Below are positions 39,373 to 50,033 of a stretch of DNA of 64,000 nt, in pieces. Position 1 is the first letter of the stretch. Every line of letters starts with the position of its first letter. Source of the stretch: Candidatus Cloacimonadales bacterium (lineage in GTDB: Bacteria > Cloacimonadota > Cloacimonadia > Cloacimonadales > JAFGVF01); contig CAXXOU010000003.1 of assembly GCA_963677495.2 (NCBI GenBank), positions 448,001 to 512,000 on the forward strand, read 5' to 3'. The position numbers were made by a program, and so were the translations under genes. The notes under the pieces are model-generated. The model saw only the letters and a list, made by a program, of their open reading frames with translations, ran no database searches and was not told the DNA's origin.

Positions 39373-40711
39373 GACCCACCAAGTAAATTATTATTAAAGC
39401 TGAAAAAACTGCATACATATAATGTGCAGGATTAAAATGACGGTTAATACCTAGTAGAGGTATGGCTAAAAAATAAAAAGTAAATACAAATGATATTTTA
39501 TAGTATTTCACGTAATATACTAATAAACCAACTACAGAAAGCATTCCGATTAGGTAAGATAGTGAAACGAGCAAAAACTTTAAGTATCCTGTATTATTTT
39601 TGTAATATAAAGGGCTTCTTGTATATAGACTCGTTGGAGTGGATAAATATTTTTTTATATCCACCCTTCTTTTGAGTTTACTAATAATACTATTACTTCT
39701 CTTATTTGACCCACGTTTTCTAATCTCTGTTAGGATAGAATCACGCTCGATTGCATAATAACCGTTAAATGATTTTTTGAAACCAAGAGCTCCGTTAGCC
39801 CACTCCAACTGTTTGATTTGTAAAGCATCAACCTCACTAATGAGTCCTTCCTTTGCAGCTAACCTTACAGCTCTCACATATTCAAGCTTCTCAAAAGTTA
39901 CTCCAGTTCCTACAGTCTTAATCACTTTCCAGTTTCTTGCAGCATTATAACTTCTGATAAGCCATGGAGTCACCATCATTGCTGCAATAACAGAAATAAT
40001 AAGAAATGTACCAACTGTTTTCTTTATTGTAAATCCTGAGAGTAGCAAAAACGGAACAATCAGTAAAATGAAGCCCCAATGAATTTGAAGAGTTAGTGTC
40101 ATCAGACCAAATAAAACTCCACACAAGATGGTGTAGATAGTCTTTTTGGTAATAAGTAGTTTAGCGACAAAATAATTCGTTATTAGTGAAATAAAAACAA
40201 GAAAACCTTCTCGCATTAGTTTCAAGAATGGAAATGAAATTGAGAAGAAAAGAATTACTAGCACTGAAACCCAGAATGATTTCTCAGGCTTCATACTTAA
40301 CCTTAGAGTTAAGTATAGCACTAAAACGCATAACATATCTAGAATAAATTGCGCTAAAATTACATACTTCATTACTGGCTTGTTAAACTGTCTCTTTTTA
40401 AAGACATTTTCACTAAAATGTCTAACTTCAACATTGAATAATCGAGCAATTCTATATATTGAACCAATAAATAAAGGATACAATGGTTCTCGATAAAAGC
40501 ATGCTTCATAAGGAGGAGAATTTTTTATACTATACCCATTACCATTAGCAATATTGACACCCAAAGTATGGTAGTCGAATGCATCCCAATTTTGCTTTAC
40601 AGGATACATAGAACAATAATATATACCTTTAATAGTCAAAGAGAGTAACAATAGTATTAGTATATGTTTTAAAGTAATATTTATAGGTTTATTCATTGAA
40701 AATCCATACAT
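39347..40711 (-). CDS. Polytopic GT-C fold glycosyltransferase (ArnT/PMT-like)
   Basis: DAFDYHTLGVNIANGNGY, YREPLYPLFI, PWLIRSYN motifs; many TMs. Confidence 0.6.
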   Translation of the reverse strand: MYGFSMNKPINITLKHILILLLLSLTIKGIYYCSMYPVKQNWDAFDYHTLGVNIANGNGYSIKNSPPYEACFYREPLYPLFIGSIYRIARLFNVEVRHFSENVFKKRQFNKPVMKYVILAQFILDMLCVLVLYLTLRLSMKPEKSFWVSVLVILFFSISFPFLKLMREGFLVFISLITNYFVAKLLITKKTIYTILCGVLFGLMTLTLQIHWGFILLIVPFLLLSGFTIKKTVGTFLIISVIAAMMVTPWLIRSYNAARNWKVIKTVGTGVTFEKLEYVRAVRLAAKEGLISEVDALQIKQLEWANGALGFKKSFNGYYAIERDSILTEIRKRGSNKRSNSIISKLKRRVDIKKYLSTPTSLYTRSPLYYKNNTGYLKFLLVSLSYLIGMLSVVGLLVYYVKYYKISFVFTFYFLAIPLLGINRHFNPAHYMYAVFSALIIIYLVGHVKKNLTK

Positions 40712-40743
40712 ACAGTTTAGTTAGTCCTATCTTTGCTTATTAG

Positions 40744-41802
40744 TTATGATTCTTGGTTTGTTACTGTTCTTATAATTTTTTCGTAATTATCTACCATAAT
40801 AGACCAGTGAAATTTATCAAAGGCAATTTCTTTTGAAGCTTTACTCATACTATTTCTTAGAACTTTATCGACAATCAATTTCCTTATTGCTTGCTCTAGC
40901 TCGTTTTGTGAGCCAAAGCTAAACAGTATTGCATTCCTTACAGAAACAATTTCAGAATTTCCACCAACATCAGTTGCAATTATTGGTAAGCCTGATGCCA
41001 TAGCTTCTATTATTGCATTTGAACACCCTTCACCTTTAGAGGAATGTATAAAAATATTAGAGTTTAAAAGGTAATCAGCAACATTCTTTACACTTCCCTG
41101 CAAAAAAACTGTACTAGATAAATCATTTTGATCTATATAGTTTTCAATAGAAGCTCTATTGCAACCTTCTCCAAGTATATGATATTCTATGTCAAATTCA
41201 GAACTAATTTTTTTAATTACCGGAAGTACAGTGAAATAGTCCTTATATGGTACTAAATTTCCGATTGATAAAAGAATAGTTTTATTACTCAAGTTAGAAC
41301 TAGATCTTGGTTTAATACTTTTAATCAGCTCTTTATCTAAACCATTATACAGAACATATCCTTTTTTTAGATTGTTAACTTTTAGTCCAGCCCTGCTATT
41401 AGCAACGACATTTTTTGTTAAATGCGACAAAAACATTCTAAAAGTTTGTGCTTTATTACCTTTAATTCTTAATCCATGTCTTATTGACCCATTCACTAAA
41501 TTGAATTTTGTAAACAATCTTGCGATTAATGCGATGCTAGTTTCCTTAATACCCCATGTATAAACAACATCAATTTTATGTAAGATTAACAATCGAGTTA
41601 AGTTAAACGCGTATGATAGATACCCTTTTCCTCTTATTTTATGAAACTTACTTAATAGATCATCGGGGATATCATATCCCCATGTGCTTTCATACAAATA
41701 ACCAACCATATTCTCAATATTTTTTGAGTATTTCATTATGGTTACGATTTGTCTTTCCTTTCCACCACGATTTATAGATGAGACTAAATGTAAAACTTTC
41801 AC
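40744..41802 (-). CDS. Glycosyltransferase family 4
   Basis: GGKERQ, VANS, YNGLD, SKGEGCSNAIIEAMASGLPIIATDVGG. Confidence 0.9.
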   Translation of the reverse strand: MKVLHLVSSINRGGKERQIVTIMKYSKNIENMVGYLYESTWGYDIPDDLLSKFHKIRGKGYLSYAFNLTRLLILHKIDVVYTWGIKETSIALIARLFTKFNLVNGSIRHGLRIKGNKAQTFRMFLSHLTKNVVANSRAGLKVNNLKKGYVLYNGLDKELIKSIKPRSSSNLSNKTILLSIGNLVPYKDYFTVLPVIKKISSEFDIEYHILGEGCNRASIENYIDQNDLSSTVFLQGSVKNVADYLLNSNIFIHSSKGEGCSNAIIEAMASGLPIIATDVGGNSEIVSVRNAILFSFGSQNELEQAIRKLIVDKVLRNSMSKASKEIAFDKFHWSIMVDNYEKIIRTVTNQES

Positions 41803-41808
41803 AACTCT

Positions 41809-42798
41809 CTACCTATATTTTATTTTTGTTGGTAAGTATTCTAATTTCTGTTTTTTACTCAAAAATAGATATCTTAAAGATGATCGCACTCTTCCCCAGC
41901 AAGTAACTGGTCTACATATGAACATGATTATTATATGTAAATAAAAGTTGTAGCTATGTTTCTGTTTTGAGGATAAAGGCTTAAGAAGAAGATAAATTAG
42001 ATGTAATACTATAAATAATAGAAGCCAAGAAGAATAGAATATCGAGAGAATTAATATAATGCTATATAATATATCTATCAAAGTGTCTTTATAATAATTC
42101 TTCTTTGCTTTTTTGAAAAATCTGGTTTGTCCAGGTAGTAAAAAATTGTAGGTAGAGACTTCCCCCCTAATGTAGAATCTTCTGACTACACCCCAAAAAG
42201 AAGTAACTCCATAATTATGAATTCCCATCATTTCATCAATGTACCAGATTTTATAGCCTGCGTCATAGAAGCGCTCTCCTAATTCTGGTTCCTCACCTCT
42301 TTTGATTCTCTCATCATAACCATTTACATTCAATATAGCTTTTCTGGAATATGTCCCTCCTGCACTCGTAAATCTAACAGGACCTTCCTTAAGTTTAGGT
42401 TTGTAACTTAGTAAAATTTTATTCCAACCTTTATTCGATAACTCTTTCAAATATCCTACTACACCATTTGCAGTACCAGCGTTAATGACATCAACTGCTC
42501 GCTTTAAGTACTTTTCACCAATGATTACATCTCCATCTATAAAATGAATAATATCATTAGAAGCTTCAACCATACCTCGATTTCTATTTCTAGCTGGACC
42601 TGGATTTTCTTTTTCTACAAAAATCTTGTCAGTGAACGTTTTTGCAATTTCAATACTATTATCTGAAGATCCACTATCTACATAGATTAATTCAAGCTTA
42701 GAATTATCGAAATCCATATTCAAAATAGCGTTGAATGTTCTCTCTAGGTTTTTCCCCTCATTGTAACCAATTACAACTATGCTTATATTTTGATCCAT
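41809..42798 (-). CDS. Glycosyltransferase family 2
   Basis: SIVVIGYNE, VDSGSSDNS, RNRG, FIDGD, GYDE. Confidence 0.9.
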   Translation of the reverse strand: MDQNISIVVIGYNEGKNLERTFNAILNMDFDNSKLELIYVDSGSSDNSIEIAKTFTDKIFVEKENPGPARNRNRGMVEASNDIIHFIDGDVIIGEKYLKRAVDVINAGTANGVVGYLKELSNKGWNKILLSYKPKLKEGPVRFTSAGGTYSRKAILNVNGYDERIKRGEEPELGERFYDAGYKIWYIDEMMGIHNYGVTSFWGVVRRFYIRGEVSTYNFLLPGQTRFFKKAKKNYYKDTLIDILYSIILILSIFYSSWLLLFIVLHLIYLLLKPLSSKQKHSYNFYLHIIIMFICRPVTCWGRVRSSLRYLFLSKKQKLEYLPTKIKYR

Positions 42799-43455
42799 CT
42801 AAAGGCCTTCATTTTTTATAGTTTTGATAAATTTGGCAGGCACTCCACCAACCATTGTTCTTGACTGAACATTTTTTGCAACAGCACTACATGGAGCGAT
42901 TATTGAATGTTTTCCAATTTTTATACCTGGATATATCACACAATTAGCTCCGACATACACATTTGAATTGATAGCTACTGGGCTTGTATCTCTCATAGAT
43001 TCATCTAATTCATGATTCGTAAGTTTGTTAATTACCATATATGCAGAACTATGGGTCCACACACCTGTGGAAGCAGCAAAATGTACTCTATCTCCAATCT
43101 CTATGTTATCACTAAAGTCTAGATAACAACCAATACCAATATAGCAATCTTGACCAATACTAATTTTTCCGCTACCTTTTCCAGTAATAATAACACCATA
43201 TTCTATAACTGAATTATTACCAATGCATGCCCTATCAACAACACTATTAGCACCAATTTTAATGTTATTGCCGAGTGAAACATCTTTGCCAATTCTAGCA
43301 TTTGTTCCAAACTTACAGTTTTTTCCAATGATTGCAGAATCATCGACATACACATTCTTTCCAAACTTACAGGTGGGGTGTAGGATTTTATATTTCTCTT
43401 CTCTTGCAACTTGTTTCAGCTTCCTGAAGATTCTAACGAGTAACCTAAAAAACAT
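42799..43455 (-). CDS. Hexapeptide-repeat (LbH) acyltransferase
   Basis: IGKNCKFG/IGKDVSLG repeats, VYVGANCVIYPGIKIG, VGGVPAKFIK. Confidence 0.85.
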   Translation of the reverse strand: MFFRLLVRIFRKLKQVAREEKYKILHPTCKFGKNVYVDDSAIIGKNCKFGTNARIGKDVSLGNNIKIGANSVVDRACIGNNSVIEYGVIITGKGSGKISIGQDCYIGIGCYLDFSDNIEIGDRVHFAASTGVWTHSSAYMVINKLTNHELDESMRDTSPVAINSNVYVGANCVIYPGIKIGKHSIIAPCSAVAKNVQSRTMVGGVPAKFIKTIKNEGL

Positions 43456-44500
43456 TTTTCAATACCTCAAAGAATTCATCAGCTCTAATTTTCCAAGTAT
43501 GCCTTTCAAGTACAATTTTATATAGCTTGTCTATATACTCTTGTCGTTCATTCTCATGATTTATGAAATATCTTGCTTTCTCTTTTAACTCACCAATAGA
43601 TTTGTACGTAACTATTTCATTATCGGTGAAATAGTTATCTAACTCAGTCCTATAATCTATTAACTGAAAACCTTTGCAAGCTGCAATCTCGAAAACTCTT
43701 GATTGGAATGAGGTAAAGACTTGGGGATTAGGTATATTGAGGTTTATTTTTGATAAACGATAAAGTTTCCTTAATTCATCAAAGCTCAGCCTTTCACCCA
43801 TATAAGCTCTTTCAATTACCGGAAAGTATTTAAATTTCTTATCCCATCCATCACTCCCAAAAATCTTCATACTAAATCCATCTAGCTGGCCTAGAATTCC
43901 AGCTCTATATCCGCCTTCAGCTTTATCTCCATATGCTGAGCCCGTAAATGATAAGTCACAGCTTAATTTTGCTTTCTCATCATTACTAATCGCTTCATTT
44001 CTAGCTGGGAAAAAGGTGTCAGGATCAAAACCCTCAATGATGAAATGATAATGACAGTTTGGGGCTACATTCTGTAAATTTTGAAACCATATCTTTTCTC
44101 CATAAAAAATAACATCAAAATATGGTAATGAGAGAGGAAGATATTTGAATCTCATAGAATCAAAAGGATTATCAGCTAGAAAACATGCAATTCCACATTT
44201 AGTTCTTTGCTTAATCTTAATGATAGTATCTGTGAATAGCCTACTCTCGTTAAAAACGAACAGTATGTCCGGTTTAAAGTCATCAGCTATATTCAAAACT
44301 TCTAAATTAAACTGTGAAAGTTGTTTATGGTCATCCCAAGATCGAATTCTTGTAATTTGATGAAGCTGAAGCTTTCGAGATAATGAAAATTTCTCTTTAA
44401 AAGAAACATACTTAACTTCTCCACCAATTTCTGAGATCCCTTTTTGTAGGTAATGCATTAGATTACCTACCCAACCACCATCAACACATAAAACTTTCAT
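43445..44500 (-). CDS. CgeB/Glyco_trans_1_2 family glycosyltransferase
   Basis: DLSFTGS, LYRLSKINLNI, RVFEIAACKGFQL, HTWKIRA. Confidence 0.8.
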   Translation of the reverse strand: MKVLCVDGGWVGNLMHYLQKGISEIGGEVKYVSFKEKFSLSRKLQLHQITRIRSWDDHKQLSQFNLEVLNIADDFKPDILFVFNESRLFTDTIIKIKQRTKCGIACFLADNPFDSMRFKYLPLSLPYFDVIFYGEKIWFQNLQNVAPNCHYHFIIEGFDPDTFFPARNEAISNDEKAKLSCDLSFTGSAYGDKAEGGYRAGILGQLDGFSMKIFGSDGWDKKFKYFPVIERAYMGERLSFDELRKLYRLSKINLNIPNPQVFTSFQSRVFEIAACKGFQLIDYRTELDNYFTDNEIVTYKSIGELKEKARYFINHENERQEYIDKLYKIVLERHTWKIRADEFFEVLKNVF

Positions 44501-44501
44501 A

Positions 44502-45689
44502 CTAATCCTTAAATTCTATCATAGAAATTATCTCGTTCTCATACAACTGCATTCGTCTCATCATCTCTTCATATGAATCTGCTTGAACAATAATGAAACC
44601 ACTCCTGGTCGCACTATGGGTAATATCACTAACTCTGTCTCCTTCTTTAATATAGAAATAAGTCAAGATCAATCCTTCATATGTTATATCAGATATTCTC
44701 GGTAGGCACTTTACTTCTTTACCTACAGGGAGCTCTAAATATTTAACTAGACAATTATGGTCTTTAGTAGGAGTCACAAGTGGGTCATTTCCAATGCTAA
44801 CTTCAACAAGAGCTTTATCCATATTTACTCCACATGAGTACTCTGGCAAATACGATGAAACAAAGTCACCGCCCAATCTTGCTGCCATTTCAATAACTTT
44901 AGGACCCTCATTTGTATACATAATTTCACAACATCCACCACAGTTATCCAATCCCAATGATTTGACTGTTTTTTCCATTAGCCTCTGAATTTCTTCCAAT
45001 TGTTCTTCTGTTAAAATGGCAGGTTGAATTTGAGCTAGTTCTACTGTCCGAGGATAAGGTGTAATTAGTTTACTCGTACATTGAACTATTGAAACATTAC
45101 CTTTCCAGATTATCATCTCAATATTATATTCAGTTCCTTCCATAAACTCTTCAAGAATAACGCTATTATCTGAAGACCACATTGCAGATTCATCATATAA
45201 TTCAGCAATCTGAGATCTATTATCTACTTTGAATACGCCCCGACTTGAAAAGGCATCAGCTGGTTTAATTATTGCCGGGAAACTGATCTCCTTCCCTAGG
45301 GCATCATCAATAGAATTTGTAAGATATCCGTTTGCGCAAGGAACACCATGTTCGATAAACTTCTTTTTCATTTGAAACTTATTCCTAGAACATTCGACAG
45401 CTATCTGAGTCGGGAAAATATAGCCCATCTCATTCGCTAGTTTTGCCATCAATATTAATGGGTTTTCCATTTGAGCAGTTACTATACCATCAATATTATA
45501 CTTTTGAGCAATCTCTCTTGTTCTTATGTAATCTTTTGGCTCAACTACTTCGAAAACTGCAGCAAACTCCTTCGCATAAGCATTTGGGCTTGGGTCTATT
45601 ACGACAGAGCGATACCCAAGTTCATTTACAGCCTGGATTAGGTGTAACTGATTTAATCCTGCTCCAAAAACAAGAATAGATTTGGTCAT
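44502..45689 (-). CDS. ATP-grasp domain protein
   Basis: FGAGLNQ, NKFQMKKKF, FPAIIKPADAFSSRGV, LEEFMEG, IEMAARLGG; start ATG 45689. Confidence 0.85.
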   Translation of the reverse strand: MTKSILVFGAGLNQLHLIQAVNELGYRSVVIDPSPNAYAKEFAAVFEVVEPKDYIRTREIAQKYNIDGIVTAQMENPLILMAKLANEMGYIFPTQIAVECSRNKFQMKKKFIEHGVPCANGYLTNSIDDALGKEISFPAIIKPADAFSSRGVFKVDNRSQIAELYDESAMWSSDNSVILEEFMEGTEYNIEMIIWKGNVSIVQCTSKLITPYPRTVELAQIQPAILTEEQLEEIQRLMEKTVKSLGLDNCGGCCEIMYTNEGPKVIEMAARLGGDFVSSYLPEYSCGVNMDKALVEVSIGNDPLVTPTKDHNCLVKYLELPVGKEVKCLPRISDITYEGLILTYFYIKEGDRVSDITHSATRSGFIIVQADSYEEMMRRMQLYENEIISMIEFKD

Positions 45690-45690
45690 A

Positions 45691-46872
45691 TTATTCTCCA
45701 AAAACCTTTTTAACAGCATTAACCACATGCTGCCTTTCTTCCTGAGTTAATGAAGGGTAAATTGGTAATCTTAATAATGAACCAAAGAATTCCATTGAAC
45801 CAGGAAACTCTTCATCAGTTCCAAGTTTTTGATAATATCTATTACGATGAAGTGGAGTATAATGAACGTTAACTAAAATATTTTCCGCTCTCAGTGCATC
45901 TAAAACCCAATACTTATCCTCATTTGGTACAAGTACATAGTATATATGCCAGTTAGGTGTGCCATTTTTAGTTGGACATGGTAGTTTTAATCCTTCGATT
46001 CCATGTAATTCTTTCGTATAAAAGTCGGCAATCGCAGCTCTTTCTCTTAGAATAAAGTCAATCTTGTTTAGTTGAGTAACACCCATAGCTCCAAGAATGT
46101 TGGACTGCACATAAGAATTACCTATATCTACATATTCGTAATATCCTCTAGACACATTATCAGTTAAGAAAGAATACTTATCAGTACCCTTCTCACGTAA
46201 TATTTTAATTTTCTCGGCTAACTCATCATCATCAGTTACAATAGCACCACCTTCTCCGGTAGTAATATTTTTAGTCCCATGAAAACTGAAAGTGCTTACA
46301 TGTCCCTGGCAACCTGTTTTCTTTCCTTTATACTCAGCACCAATAGATTGTGCCGTATCATGTACTACAAAAAGGTTATATTTTTCTGCAAGCTTCATTA
46401 TCGGGTCCATATCTGCAGGATTCCCCGCATAATCGACAGGCATAATTGCTACTGTTTTATCTGTGATATATGACTCTAATTTATCAATATCAAAGTTACC
46501 ATTTTCTGGATTTACATCTGCAAGAATTATCTTTAAATCATTGTACAATGGTCCCAGTGCAGTAGAAGTATATGTAAAGTCTGGAACTATTACTTCGCTA
46601 CCTTTAGGGAAATGTTTTAACTTAAAAGCTAACTCCAAACCACCGGTGCATGAATTTAAGAAGAATACATGCTTCACACCAAGATATTCAGATAGTTTCT
46701 TTTCGAACTCTCTACAGGCAGGACCATCACCACTAACAAAGGTAGTTTTGGTTGTCTCGTAAACCGCCTGCATATCATCTTCTAAAATATATGGTTTATG
46801 GATTATTACCGGATCTGCTGAAACCGGGCTACCACCATTTATTGCTAAACTTGGATTATTTCTGTTTATCAT
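45691..46872 (-). CDS. DegT/DnrJ/EryC1/StrS sugar aminotransferase (WecE-like)
   Basis: NSCTGGLELA, PDFTYTST, PVDYAG, HDTAQ, SFHGTKNITTGEGG, EKGTD. Confidence 0.9.
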   Translation of the reverse strand: MINRNNPSLAINGGSPVSADPVIIHKPYILEDDMQAVYETTKTTFVSGDGPACREFEKKLSEYLGVKHVFFLNSCTGGLELAFKLKHFPKGSEVIVPDFTYTSTALGPLYNDLKIILADVNPENGNFDIDKLESYITDKTVAIMPVDYAGNPADMDPIMKLAEKYNLFVVHDTAQSIGAEYKGKKTGCQGHVSTFSFHGTKNITTGEGGAIVTDDDELAEKIKILREKGTDKYSFLTDNVSRGYYEYVDIGNSYVQSNILGAMGVTQLNKIDFILRERAAIADFYTKELHGIEGLKLPCPTKNGTPNWHIYYVLVPNEDKYWVLDALRAENILVNVHYTPLHRNRYYQKLGTDEEFPGSMEFFGSLLRLPIYPSLTQEERQHVVNAVKKVFGE

Positions 46873-46882
46873 GTCTTCTCCT

Positions 46883-47812
46883 TTACATGTTCTCTAGATA
46901 CCAGTTAATGGTATCTTCAACACCCTTCTCAAAATCTATTGATGGTCTCCAGTTCATTAACTCTTCACCCTTTGTTCCATCTACAGTTTTAAAAGCAGCA
47001 CCGTCCGGTTTAGAAGTATCTAATGTTAGTTTCCCTTCATACCCAGCAAGTTTCTTTATGAGTTCTGCAGTTTCAATTATAGAGTATCCTTTTGCAACAC
47101 CAATGTTTACGATATCTGAGGTTTCCGGTAGGTCAATAGCACGTAACATTGACTCTGCACCATCATCAACGTGCAACCATTCTCTTACAGGTTTTCCTGT
47201 TCCCCAAACGATAACTTCTGGAAGATTTTCTCTCTTTGCTTTGACGATTTTCATTATTAAAGCTCCTAAGGCGTGAGAACGTTCCTCTTCAAAATGATCC
47301 ATAGGACCATACATATTTGAAAGGATTATATTAATTACATTTAGTCCATGTTGCTTGTTGTATGCCCATGAACCCATCCAGAAAGCTTTTCTTACAAATC
47401 CGTAAATCTGTACAGACTCGTGCATTGGACCATCCCAAACTTCCTCTTCTTTGAATAGGGTTGCTTTAGCAGGATATACACAGTTTGAGATTGGATTAAC
47501 AATCCTAGACACTCTACATTCTTTTGCTGCTTCAAGGATATTAACATTCATCTCGAGGTTGTTCTTGAACAGGTCTGCAGGATATTTATATCCAAATTGA
47601 ATACCACCAACAAATGAGGCACAATTCAAAATATTGTCTGGGGCAACTTCTTTAAACAGTTTCAATGTTTGTTCATAATTGCGCAAATCAACTCCCATAC
47701 TCAATGAAGTTGCAGTGTGTTTAATTCCTTTGCTTTCAAGAAGCATACACAGTCTTTTGCCTAAAAAACCAGTAGCACCAAGTACCAATATTTTTTTACC
47801 ATCAAGATTCAT
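46883..47812 (-). CDS. fcl: GDP-L-fucose synthase-like SDR
   Basis: VGGI, NMYGPMDHF, SHAL, VWGTGKPVREWLHVDD, DTSKPDG; adjacent to gmd. Confidence 0.75.
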   Translation of the reverse strand: MNLDGKKILVLGATGFLGKRLCMLLESKGIKHTATSLSMGVDLRNYEQTLKLFKEVAPDNILNCASFVGGIQFGYKYPADLFKNNLEMNVNILEAAKECRVSRIVNPISNCVYPAKATLFKEEEVWDGPMHESVQIYGFVRKAFWMGSWAYNKQHGLNVINIILSNMYGPMDHFEEERSHALGALIMKIVKAKRENLPEVIVWGTGKPVREWLHVDDGAESMLRAIDLPETSDIVNIGVAKGYSIIETAELIKKLAGYEGKLTLDTSKPDGAAFKTVDGTKGEELMNWRPSIDFEKGVEDTINWYLENM

Positions 47813-47820
47813 TGAAACTC

Positions 47821-48975
47821 CTATAAAATATCTTCAATTTGTGGGGAAATGTCGAATCCACCATTTTTTAAATATGTGTCTTGCTTAATTAATTTAACAT
47901 CATTATCAACCATCTCATTCACAAGCATTTCAAGATTATACTTTGGTTGCCATCCTAATTTTTTTCTTGCTTTACTGGAATCTCCAATAAGTAATTCAAC
48001 TTCTGTTGGACGGAAGTAGTACGGTTCAACCTCAACAATTGTGTTACCAACTGCTAATTCTTTAGGAAGTTCTCCTATCTTATTATTAAATAGATCATTA
48101 TTAATGCTTTCAATAACACCAACCTCTTCAAGCCCTTCACCCTTAAAACTTAGATTTATGCCTACTCTTGCAAAAGCCATTTTCACAAAGTCTCTAACAG
48201 TTGTGGTTACTCCGGTTGAAATCACGAAATCTTCCGGTTTCTCCTGTTGAAGAATTAGATACATTGCTTCAACATAGTCTTTTGCATGACCCCAGTCTCT
48301 TTTTGCATTCAGATTACCTAAGTAAAGTTTATGTTGAATTCCAAGCACTATGTTAGCAACTGCTCTAGTGATTTTTCTTGTGACAAAAGTTTCTCCTCTG
48401 AGTGGAGACTCATGATTGAATAAAATGCCATTACAGGCAAACATGTTGTAAGCTTCACGATAGTTAACAGTTATCCAGTATGCGTACATCTTTGCGCACC
48501 CATATGGAGAACGTGGGTAAAATGGAGTTGTTTCTGTTTGAGGAATCTCTTGAACTTTACCATATAACTCACTGGTTGAAGCCTGGTAAACTCGAGTCTT
48601 ATTTTCTAAGCCTAGTATTCTAACAGCTTCAAGAATCCTTAAAGTTCCAATACCATCTGCATTTGCAGTATATTCCGGAGTATCAAACGAAACTTTAACA
48701 TGCGACATCGCGGCAAGATTATAAATCTCATCCGGTTGGATCTCTTGAATCAATCTAATTAAATTTGTTGAGTCAGTTAAGTCACAGTAGTAATACATGA
48801 ACTGATTTTGCTCTTCTCTGTTTACTTTAAATAGATGGTCAATCCTTTGAGTATTAAACAATGATGCTCTTCTCTTTAAACCATGAACAACATATCCTTT
48901 CTTTAGAAGTAACTCTGCTAAATAAGCACCATCTTGCCCCGTAATCCCTGTTATAATTGCGTGTTTTTTATTCAT
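47821..48975 (-). CDS. gmd: GDP-mannose 4,6-dehydratase
   Basis: [55 protein letters not shown]; start ATG 48975. Confidence 0.97.
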   Translation of the reverse strand: MNKKHAIITGITGQDGAYLAELLLKKGYVVHGLKRRASLFNTQRIDHLFKVNREEQNQFMYYYCDLTDSTNLIRLIQEIQPDEIYNLAAMSHVKVSFDTPEYTANADGIGTLRILEAVRILGLENKTRVYQASTSELYGKVQEIPQTETTPFYPRSPYGCAKMYAYWITVNYREAYNMFACNGILFNHESPLRGETFVTRKITRAVANIVLGIQHKLYLGNLNAKRDWGHAKDYVEAMYLILQQEKPEDFVISTGVTTTVRDFVKMAFARVGINLSFKGEGLEEVGVIESINNDLFNNKIGELPKELAVGNTIVEVEPYYFRPTEVELLIGDSSKARKKLGWQPKYNLEMLVNEMVDNDVKLIKQDTYLKNGGFDISPQIEDIL

Positions 48976-49027
48976 TTTAGTCCTCATCACTAATTGCTCT
49001 ATCTTAACAATCTTTCAGTAGTTTAAT

Positions 49028-50032
49028 TCATTGATCTTTTAATGATGCAATTTCTTCCATAGTCCCAATGAATAGTTTCCCTTTATCTCTAAGCTTTGCA
49101 GCCTCTTTTAATACTCCTGGGAGAACATAATTTAGTGTATTTTCATCAAAAGACGGGTGAAACCATAAATTTATAACTGTACCAGTTCTTATTGCAACAT
49201 CCATGTGATACTTCCATCTTTTTATCCTATATTGGTTACTCCAATTTTTCTTTATACCGATCATACCAGTAGAATGCGAAACAATTAACCCGTGTGAATC
49301 TGTTGCAATTCCCCCAATTCTTTCAGGTAAATTCTTCCTATAATTGGTAAATCCATGCTTTTTGAGAGTTTCAATATTACCGAAATAACCTCCAGGGAAG
49401 ACCATAGATTTGAATCGATTTATTCCCCATGGTTTTGCTGCTTCTAAACAAGCCACAATCTCATCATCGGCAACCTGAGAAGGACATCTTTTGTCAGTAA
49501 AATCTATATGACTAAAGGTGTGACACCCAATCTCATGTTTGACTTTCGCTTTCAATATTTGTTCTATTAAATCTGGAGCGTACCATGACTTGGCTTTTTC
49601 CCAAGACTTGCAAGGGTCTGCATCAAACCAATCACCAGTTTTATATATCCAATTTTTGTTTTCGAAATAAGGAATTCTATGCATCCAATCATGATCACCT
49701 TTTGAACAACCCTCAAGGAATAAATGACCAACAGTCGCCCAAGTTATTGGAATATCATATTCATCAAAATACTTTATTAATTTATCAAAGTTTTTCCTAG
49801 CTTGAATAGCTCTCGCCTTAGGGTTTTTCTCAGTCTTAGAAAATCTGAAAGCCCATGCAAGTTCAAAATCAGCACTAATACACATCCCACCTGTAAAACT
49901 ATTTGGAAAGTGACTCTTATTACCATTTTGTTTAACTGATGGTCTTACACCAGTTATAAAACTTAACTGATCAAAACTACGTTTTATCTGACCATCAGGG
50001 ATAGCATGATAAATTCTGTTAACTAATTTCAT
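49028..50032 (-). CDS. Polysaccharide deacetylase family protein
   Basis: ISADFELAW, ITWATVGHL, HEIGCHTFSH, SMVFPG, LWFHP. Confidence 0.75.
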   Translation of the reverse strand: MKLVNRIYHAIPDGQIKRSFDQLSFITGVRPSVKQNGNKSHFPNSFTGGMCISADFELAWAFRFSKTEKNPKARAIQARKNFDKLIKYFDEYDIPITWATVGHLFLEGCSKGDHDWMHRIPYFENKNWIYKTGDWFDADPCKSWEKAKSWYAPDLIEQILKAKVKHEIGCHTFSHIDFTDKRCPSQVADDEIVACLEAAKPWGINRFKSMVFPGGYFGNIETLKKHGFTNYRKNLPERIGGIATDSHGLIVSHSTGMIGIKKNWSNQYRIKRWKYHMDVAIRTGTVINLWFHPSFDENTLNYVLPGVLKEAAKLRDKGKLFIGTMEEIASLKDQ

Positions 50033-50033
50033 C

